Part shown: piece after piece, positions 19,066-27,108 of the stretch | Position numbering within the stretch: the first letter of the stretch is position 1 | How the letters are laid out: each line of letters opens with the position of its first letter | From: Paraspadella gotoi | Lineage: Eukaryota; Animalia; Chaetognatha | Reading direction: 5' to 3' | DNA length: 64,000 nt | Assembly (NCBI GenBank): GCA_051294375.1 | Contig: CM119267.1 | Coordinates: forward strand, 875,601-939,600 | The notes under the pieces: model-generated | Seen by the model: the letters and a program-made list of their open reading frames with translations, nothing else | What the model was told of the DNA's origin: nothing | Database searches by the model: none | Position numbers and translations under genes: made by a program

Positions 19066-19301
19066 TCATTTTTTTTGCATAATTTATCTAATTCGATGTT
19101 CTGACATGATATAAGTGTGTGCCCGACAATATTGAGGGGGCGGACCGACGGACCGAAAAAGTGAGTTATAGATCGGGAATCTGCTGATAAGCAGATCCGA
19201 CTAAAAAATAAGAATAAAAAATGATTTTGTGATATAAAACGAAACAATTACACAAATGAATTCTTTGATACAAAACCCTATCGGGGCCATTTATAAATCG
19301 A

Positions 19302-19601
19302 CTAAGCGGATGTGATCTTGCTTCGAATTCCGCCGAAGCTTTTGACGAACCCGCTCCGGGCGTTCTTTTTCGCGAAAGAGTCGGGGGACAATCTTAGGAC
19401 GCCGACCTCGATGCGGAGGGCGTGGACGGGGGAGTTGGGATCCCCCAAGCCCAAGTTGGGGAAGAGGAGAGAGAATCGGCGATAGTTCTCGTCAAAAAAG
19501 GGGACACAAAAAGGGGACTGGAGGGGGAAAGGGCAAGACTTGCCGAGTTCCTTCCCGAACCCATAAAAAACGGAAGAAAGAAGACGACATTCCACAGTTC
19601 C
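19302..19601 (-). CDS. Gene B alternative terminal exon B7
   Basis: ttttgcag|GGA ACT GTG: GTVECRLLSSVFYGFGKELGKSCPFP...FPNL...FAKKNARSGF...*; 300 nt. Confidence 0.86.
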   Translation of the reverse strand, partial: GTVECRLLSSVFYGFGKELGKSCPFPLQSPFCVPFFDENYRRFSLLFPNLGLGDPNSPVHALRIEVGVLRLSPDSFAKKNARSGFVKSFGGIRSKITSA

Positions 19602-22600
19602 CTGCAAAACGAGAACATCAATCACTTAACATTTTATTCAATTCCAATTTAAAAACATCTAAATTAATTAATGATACTTTTTTCTCACGTAAAATTTAAC
19701 AGGTAATATTTTTAAAGATCATCAGATAATTTTTTTTTTGGCAGTGGGTCGGTTTTTCCGTTTTGCATCAGGAACTATTGTAAACGAAAAACGAATTTTT
19801 TTGTTTAAATAAAACGATATCTAAAAACAGTTTGAATTCTTTTTTATAGAAACTACAGTGGCCCAATACTCTTCAGTTCTGAAAACGATTTCGCGCATAT
19901 TAAGCAGCTCAAAAGACCTTTAGGTTAGAACCGAATAAACTCTTTGAAAAATATATAAATGGTAAAGAAAATGACAAATTTCAAATTCGCAATAAGCTTT
20001 CCCTCAATGAGCAAAAATAAAAGAACGAGAAAATATCCATCAATGACATGAATTTAAATGTAACAAAATTCTTCAAAAAATATGATTAGTTAAACAGATC
20101 CAAAAAACGAAATTTAATTTAGTGTTTTGGTCCTCGACTTAATCTTAGATTTAAATCCATTTCTGGCGTGCAATCGCGCAAAGACTAAAAAGGTGACGGA
20201 TTTCGATGAACCAATTTCGATCTTTTGCGAAGCGAATCGATCCTCACCCAGATTTAGATTCGGAAAGAGAGAAATAAATCGTTGAAAGGAAGCGTTGAAA
20301 AACTCGTTCGCTTCTTTCGGGCAAGAATCAAGAGAAAAGGGACACTGGCGTTTTAGTTCTTTCCCAAAATCGTAAAATACGGACGTAAGCAGGCGTCCCT
20401 CTATCGTGCCCTGAGCAAGAATGATATATTTTATAATATGAGACTAACTCGTTTTAACGATAAAAATAATCGCTATTTCTTTTAAACCGGCATTAAAAAT
20501 AATAATTGAATAACTTGACCCAAACGTAATAAAGAAATCGTAAAAGTATAATGATCTCGCCAGACGTTACTATCAAAGAAAATTTTTGAAGAAAATCTTA
20601 AAAGTACAATGATCTATCGCTCAATATTTGAAAAAAAAAAATGATTGATGCGATGATAACGAATTATTGATTACTGCCATGATAACGAATAATTTATTGA
20701 ATGAAATTAATTGAATAATCCTGTATAATCGCGATAAAGATGATGAACCGAAAATCAATATCTCCCTTGAACGGGAGAAAAAAGAGCAATTGTAAAAAAG
20801 CGTGACGACGACAATGACGTTACTAAGAAGCAAAGTAAACCAAAATCTCGCCCAATGCGGGCCTTAACTTTTTCATCTCGCCAAATGTGTTATTTTTTAT
20901 TTAATTTACTGCTCTTATGTACAAAGCCATTTCTTGCATTCATTCTAATAAAGGAAAGGCAAGATATTTTACTTGAGCCAATCATAATTTTTTCAAAAGT
21001 TAATATGTCTAAAGGAAGATTTGGAAAAGTAGCAGCAAATTGATCAACGGCTCCCATAAAGAAACGGTTAGTGTCTGGATGCTTCAATCCGCTTGAAATG
21101 GACATTTAATCGCGAGTTCCTTCCCAAAATCATAAAAGACGGAAGAGAGAATACGACACTCGGTGCTGCCCTGAAAAGAATAAAAAAACCCCAATCTTTT
21201 CTAGTTGCTTGTGAATCAAATCTTGGCTTTATGATTGTTGTTCTACTAATAATGATAAAGACAAATGAAGTTTTAAAACAAAGAAAATTCTACACCATGT
21301 TAAATAAAACATTATTTTGCAAATTTATCATGTTCAAATAAATTTATAGTTAAAATTTAATTCGGATAAATTTGATAAAACTTTATAATAGCAAATCATA
21401 TCAGGAAAAGATACGTTTTTTCAAGAATCGGTTCCAGAATAACTACTGGACCAAATTTTCAGAAATTTTGTTAAACATTCCTTCATACAAATATTTGACT
21501 CCTAAGTTGAGATATAAGACCCAGGGGAGGTACCCATAGGGATGAAAAATGGTCAAAATATTTTTGGGGAATATTTATAATTTTATGACTTCTGATTTAA
21601 AACAACTTACCTCCTATGGAAAAAAGTACTAATTCCTTTGATAATTTGTACTTAATGATGAATAGATTAGTCATTTGATATCAAGTTTATCTCATTTCAG
21701 CTACTCGTTTATGAAGCATACCTTTGTTAAGACCCTTCAAAGCTGAGTAGCCGATATGATAAAGTCTTTGTATTCCTGGTACCCCAGTATATTAATTATT
21801 GGGTCGAGAGTAACATAATTTTGGTTACAAGTACTGTTGAGTAACATATTTAATTCGCCCCATACGGCAATATCCATAATGCCCTAAGTCCAAAATTCAG
21901 ATAAATTATATTAAAAGAAATATTTTTATATAATAGTAATATAGTATATTATGCTGTATTAATAACATATAACAATAGTTTATAAGTTTGGATCTAATCC
22001 CGGCAATTATACGGTATATCAAGTTGCTGCAGTACACTGCAGCTTCAATTTTTTTAAAGATATAAAATTATGAAATACTAATTTATATTGTTGCTATACA
22101 GTTTTGGCTTATGCTAAAAATTTGATTTTAAGTTGATAATTCTTTTTAAGGTATTCTAATAGTAGAGGTACAAATTCTTTATATAATTAACTCCAGAAGT
22201 TTGTTTACTAATTAAAATTAATTTTTAGGTTCAAGAATATCAGCAGTTTATGTCAAATTTTGAACAGATAAGAAATAATGGAATTAAAATGATGGAACCA
22301 TGCATCTTCAACATCTAATTAGCAAAAATGTAAAAATTTTATATTTAAAATTTTTATACAGTTAAGAAATCGATACAATTGATGCCACATAAAAAATAAA
22401 AAGATTTAAGCCTTTTGGCCGCCCTCAGGTTCAAGCGCAGTATTTCCTCTCAGGGGTTAAATACCAAAAATTTCTAGAATATTCTATTTGTGTAGCCATA
22501 GGCCAAATTTTATCAAATTTGATTTTTTGAAACCATTCTTGCTTGGAAAAAACAGCGTATCATTTTTCAAAATTTTCTGTATTTTTTTATAAAATACATC

Positions 22601-25600
22601 TTTAAAAAACAATTTATTAATGATGACAGAAAAAAGATAGGACTATCAAAATATCGCTTATATCACTTTTATTCCTAAAAAATAAGTTAAGCTGTAACTT
22701 TCAATAACTTGTATAAATTTATTAAAGAGTATAGCATATATATTTCTTAAAACTTTAATATTTTTAGATAAAATCTTTTAAAAAATCTTGTCAAAAGTCA
22801 GGGGCAAGTTAGCTTTTTTAATAAATGGATAATTTCTATATTAATTGTACCAATTTCATAAAAAGAAAAAGTTATATTCAAAAGAATTTACAGTAGGTTG
22901 CGAAACAACCTGGTTGCGTTATTTTGAAGAAATTTATTTTAACAAATCTATTTTAATTTGCTCAAACCTTTCAAAAAACCATTTCTTGCATTCATTCTCA
23001 TAAAGGCGAGGCAAGATATTTTATTTGAACCATTAACAATTTTTTGGCAAGGAAATTTGTCCAAAGGAAGATTCGGAAAAGTAGCAGCAAATTGATCAAC
23101 GGCTCCCATAAAGAAACGGTTAGTGTCTGGATGCTTCAAATCCGCTTGAAATGGACATTTAATCGCGAGTTCCTTCCCGAAATCATAAAAGACGGAAGAG
23201 AGAAGACGACACTCAGCGTTGCCCTGTGCAGAATAAAAAAGGCCTGATCTTCTCTTTCTTTATGATAAATACAATTAGGGTTATTAAATATAATTATCAA
23301 TCTCATCATTTTTATAAGTTTTTGTTTCAGAAACTTTATGAATGTTAATGATAAACAGTGGAGAACCTGAGTATATTATATAAGAAAGAAAATAAAATCG
23401 CCAAATGAATTCTTTAGAAATTCCAATGCCCGCAAAGAAATTATTTTGAATTCTGTTTTGTTTTGTTTACAAATGTAACCAAAGTCTATATATACATTGT
23501 ACAAATAGCCAATTCGATTCAATTTCGCTTTTCTGATTTCAATAAATCGATTCATCTCATTTTTATCTCGACCACCTCTAGTAAACATTCAGTGATAATT
23601 ATGATAACCGAAATCCAGGAAAACAACAAATATTATGAATTTTAATATCAAGAATTAAATATTATTCAACGTAACAAAATACTTCCAAAACACATGGGTC
23701 ATGGGTGCTACAAAATTGTGGCAGATTTATTGCAGCAATATTCAGGCGGAATAAAACCTTTCGACGTTAATTTCTAAACTTAACAATCAATTAACAACTG
23801 TTTTTTTTAGAATTCGATTTCCAAACGTTCCAACCATTTCTAGCATTCATTCTCATGAAAGCGAGATAAGACATTTTATTAACGCCATTAACAATTTTCG
23901 GGCAAGTAAATTTGTCCAAAGGTATATTAGTGAAGGTGGCGGCAAATTGGTCAACCATTCTTCTCAAGAAACGTTTTTCGTCAGGACGATTCAAATCCGA
24001 AAGTAAGGACCATTTTATCGCAAGTTGCTTTCCAAAGTCATAAAAGACGGAGGCAAGGAGACGACACTCCGCGTTGCCCTGGGTAAAAATAAAAGCAAAC
24101 CCACTCACTGTTTTCTTTGAAATTGATTTTGATGTGTATATATATATATATACATATATGTATATATTTAAAGAAAACGTATTTTAAAAGTTAAAACTCC
24201 AAAGTGTCCTATGGTTCTTTCCAGTTTAAAAATAAGAATGAAATCACAGGGAATATTGCAGCAATAATGCCATATAACTAATATCAAAGTTATGCCATAT
24301 GCACGATCAATTTGCTCATCGATTAATGTCTTTTCTCTTCTTAAGACTCCTATTAAAGGGTTTCGGGTAAAATCCTAATCTCGATTCGAAACGCGACCAC
24401 CATCTCTCAGCTTCAAACGGCGAGCGAGATAATGTTTGAATCCGTTCCTGGCCGCCATTCGGGCGAAGGCCGTCAACGTGTACTTGTGAGCACCGACATC
24501 GATCTTGGACGGGCGGCCGAAGAGGTTGGGGAACTCCCTCGTGATTAGATCGACAGAGGACTTGAAGAACGCCGTGGGCTGCAAATCGCCCAGCGGGCTC
24601 ATCTTGGCAAGCTCCTTCCCGAAATCGTAAAAGACCGAAGACAGAAGCCGACACTCTGCGTTTTCCTGGAGGCGGAAGAACGCGGCTCGGAGTTACAAGG
24701 ACACGAGAGGCTCGTGACGGTTATAACTTGGCTAAATATTTAATTAACTAATAAAGGATCTGGTAATTTAATAGTTTAATTTATCAATGTTAGGTTTTGT
24801 AAATATTAATTCTACCCAATGATCAAAGTTTTAATCTTAACCTTTGAAAGAGCGCGAAAACAATTTCGAAGGAAATCAAAAGAGTATTGTGTCCCACTAT
24901 AGTCACCAAAGGCAGGCGGGCAATAACAACTTTACTGGGAATCCCTCCCTCTCTCTCTGTCTTTTTGTCACTCTCTCTCTATTGCTCTTCCTCATTTGCG
25001 AATGACGCGTTTAAAGCTGTCCCTCGCGCACATCCGGGCGAAAGCGAGAAGGGAGCGCTTTTGTTTCCCCGTTTCCACGGAGACGTCGCCCGATAAAAAG
25101 TCAAACTGACGAAAGATTTGATTCGAGTTTTGGATGAAAAAGTCTTTGGTCGAGTCGTGACTCCAGTCCGCATCTCCGCCAGACATTCTCCACATGTGCG
25201 CAATTTCTTTCCCGAAATCATAGAACACCGAGGAAAAGAGGCGATACTCAACGCTTCCCTGGGATGGTTGGGGGAGAGAGGTGTGCGGTCCCCCCCCAGA
25301 TAGAGAAAGCAAGTGAGAGAGAGCAAGTGAGAGAGAGCAAGTGAGAGAGAGCAAGTGAGAGAGAGCAAGTGAGAGAGAGCAAGTGAGAGAGAGCAAGTGA
25401 GAGAGAGAAAGTGAGAGAGAGAGAGGAAAACATCAGACTCGCATCAGACTCCTTTCGCTCATTCACAAAAAAAAAACCGAAAAATAAACTTTCTTTTTCT
25501 TATTTATAATATGAAATAAACAAAATATAAAAGCCAGATCCCAGCCCACCCCCCTCAACCTCCTCACCTTTTGAAATGCTCTCATTGGATCTTGAATTGA

Positions 25601-26434
25601 TCTCAACGCCTCCACTTTCCTTTGATTACAAGGAATTTGAGAAACGACTGAGCTCGACTGGTCCAGCGCCATCGTCGTCGCCGTCGTCATCGACGAACTC
25701 ATCGGGGAAGAGTCTGCGAAATCGAGGGCCGAGTTGAAGCCGCCTCCTACGTCCGCCTCGTTGTCGTCGGCGGAGACTTCGAAAATCGACTCGAGGATCT
25801 CGACGTCGCTGTCGCCGTCGTCGTCGAAGAGTCCTTCATCGCGGAGAACGACGCAGTTTTGTTTTTGTTGTTCGGCGCTCGAGGGAGCGGCGGCGTCGAC
25901 GGAAACTTCCGTCTTCACTTCCGGCGCCTCTTCCTTGATTTCGATATCCGCCGGTTTGAATTTCTTGGAGGGCGACGCGCCGGAATCAGCGGCCGGGGCG
26001 CGTCGAGTCGGCGGCGCTTTGTTCCGTTTGGGGAAGACGCCAGCGCCACCGCCACCGCCGTTTTTCGGAGAGTCCGAGTTGGAAGGCGGCGGAAAGGCGG
26101 AAAATTGAAGAGCGCAGCCGGGAAATGCGGTCATCCCCGAGGCGGGATTCTCGAACGGCGCCGCTGGAGTCTCGACGCTGCAGCGCAGGTTTAGATCGAC
26201 TTCGACGCGCAAATCCTTGGGGGCGACGGAGAGTCCACCGCCGCCGACGAAGGCGTCGCAGAGATGTGGAGATCCGCCGAAACGACGAGCGCCATCTGTC
26301 TCCAACATCAGGAAGACGGAGGACGAAGTCAGCGACGCCAGTTTTGCCACAGTCTCGAAGATGATGGTGCCAATCGACGCCTCCATCGACTGCAACTGGG
26401 AGACCAGCGTCAAAAGGTTGTGGGACGCGTTCAT
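19302..26434 (-). CDS. Novel gene B (paralog of A): constant MADS-like exon plus array of 7 alternative terminal exons
   Basis: Constant exon 26434-25568 ends TTT CAA AAG|gtgagg (phase 0). Seven homologous cag| phase-0 exons with their own stops follow. Confidence 0.85.
20114..20410 (-). CDS. Gene B alternative terminal exon B6 (absent from ORF track)
   Basis: gctcag|GGC ACG ATA: GTIEGRLLTSVFYDFGKELKRQCPFSLDSCPKEANEFFNASFQRFISLFPNLNLGEDRFASQKIEIGSSKSVTFLVFARLHARNGFKSKIKSRTKTLN*; 297 nt, no Met. Confidence 0.87.
   Translation of the reverse strand, partial: GTIEGRLLTSVFYDFGKELKRQCPFSLDSCPKEANEFFNASFQRFISLFPNLNLGEDRFASQKIEIGSSKSVTFLVFARLHARNGFKSKIKSRTKTLN
20890..21170 (-). pseudogene. Gene B alternative terminal exon B5, 1-nt frameshift (recent duplicate of B4)
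   Basis: tttcag|GGC AGC ACC: GSTECRILSSVFYDFGKELAIKCPFQAD then TGA. Plus strand reads gcttcaatccgc (~21086) against gcttcaaatccgc in B4; 281 nt. Confidence 0.75.
21410..22560. mobile_element. Probable MITE / non-autonomous DNA transposon with imperfect terminal inverted repeats, between exons B4 and B5
   Basis: Starts gatacgttttttcaagaatcggttcc..caaattttcagaaatttt. Ends caaattttatcaaatttt..gaaaccattcttgcttggaaaaaacagcgtatc. Internal segments resemble the 30598 and 59873 elements. Confidence 0.5.
22948..23223 (-). CDS. Gene B alternative terminal exon B4
   Basis: gcacag|GGC AAC GCT: GNAECRLLSSVFYDFGKELAIKCPFQADLKHPDTNRFF...FPNLP...FMRMNARNGFLKGLSKLK*; 276 nt. Confidence 0.87.
   Translation of the reverse strand, partial: GNAECRLLSSVFYDFGKELAIKCPFQADLKHPDTNRFFMGAVDQFAATFPNLPLDKFPCQKIVNGSNKISCLAFMRMNARNGFLKGLSKLK
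23791..24078 (-). CDS. Gene B alternative terminal exon B3
   Basis: tttacccag|GGC AAC GCG: GNAECRLLASVFYDFGKQLAIKW...FMRMNARNGW...*; 288 nt. Confidence 0.86.
   Translation of the reverse strand, partial: GNAECRLLASVFYDFGKQLAIKWSLLSDLNRPDEKRFLRRMVDQFAATFTNIPLDKFTCPKIVNGVNKMSYLAFMRMNARNGWNVWKSNSKKNSC
24375..24665 (-). CDS. Gene B alternative terminal exon B2
   Basis: cctccag|GAA AAC GCA: ENAECRLLSSVFYDFGKELAKMSPLGDLQPTAFF...FPNL...FARMAARNGF...*; 291 nt. Confidence 0.86.
   Translation of the reverse strand, partial: ENAECRLLSSVFYDFGKELAKMSPLGDLQPTAFFKSSVDLITREFPNLFGRPSKIDVGAHKYTLTAFARMAARNGFKHYLARRLKLRDGGRVSNRD
24992..25258 (-). CDS. Gene B alternative terminal exon B1 (proximal)
   Basis: atcccag|GGA AGC GTT: GSVEYRLFSSVFYDFGKEIAHMW...FARMCARDSFKRVIRK*; 267 nt. 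Confidence 0.85.
   Translation of the reverse strand, partial: GSVEYRLFSSVFYDFGKEIAHMWRMSGGDADWSHDSTKDFFIQNSNQIFRQFDFLSGDVSVETGKQKRSLLAFARMCARDSFKRVIRK
25303..25420. repeat. 14-bp tandem repeat (gagagagcaagtga) in the intron between gene B constant exon and exon B1
   Basis: About 8 tandem units are visible. The minus strand reads (tcacttgctctctc)n. Confidence 0.85.
25568..26434 (-). CDS. Gene B constant 5' coding exon (MADS-like N-domain, acidic linker)
   Basis: 289 codons from ATG to a phase-0 donor AAG|gtgagg. Contains IIFETVAKLASLTSSSVFLMLETDGARRFGGS, SPSKKFK, DDDGDSDVEIL and NQRKVEALRSIQDPMRAFQK. Confidence 0.88.
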
Positions 26435-27108
26435 TGTTGACGTTTTCGCTTTTGTCCGATTGGATCAGAATTTTTTTTAAAAACGGCAGTTTTTTTAAAG
26501 CCTCCTGTATTTTTTCTTAAAACATAATTCTGGGAAAAAAAAAAAATTTTCATAAAAGTTGTGTGTATAAACTGACGAGTGACAAAACGCGTTTAACTGG
26601 AAAACTTGTGGGCAAAATAGTCTATCGTGATCGAATTGGAAAAGAGTCAAGAAGCTCATGATTTTTATACGATATTTACATTCGACTCATTTCGTTTTTC
26701 GTGGAATGAAACTAAATTAAAAATGAAAAACTTTCAATAGATACTCTGACTAAGAATATGTCACTGGTTGAGGTATGATCGATGCGATGTATACTTAAGA
26801 CGAGTTTGAACCATTTTTAAGAATTTTTGTTAATATGTACGTGCTTTTTTGTTCAATAAGTTTTTAATCATTTTCTGTCACATAAAACAAATTTTCAAAA
26901 ACATTTTTAATATTTTATTATCCAAATTGTAAACAACATCATAGAAGAAATCTAAATTTATTTCTCAATTTAAAGAAGTGAAAACCAGGCACGCATTTAA
27001 AATAATAATTAATTACTAAAATAAATGGGGGGAAAATGTTAAATAGAACATAAAATATACTTAAACGGATGACGAATAATGGGATATATTTGTAGTCTTC
27101 CAAACGTG

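Noticed and set aside
9725-25258. Reading the 15 homologous segments as independent small genes, or as consecutive exons of one repeat protein
   Set aside because: Homology starts exactly at AG acceptors with no aligned ATG (B6 has no Met at all), and each segment ends in a stop right after the domain, so they can be neither standalone nor concatenated.
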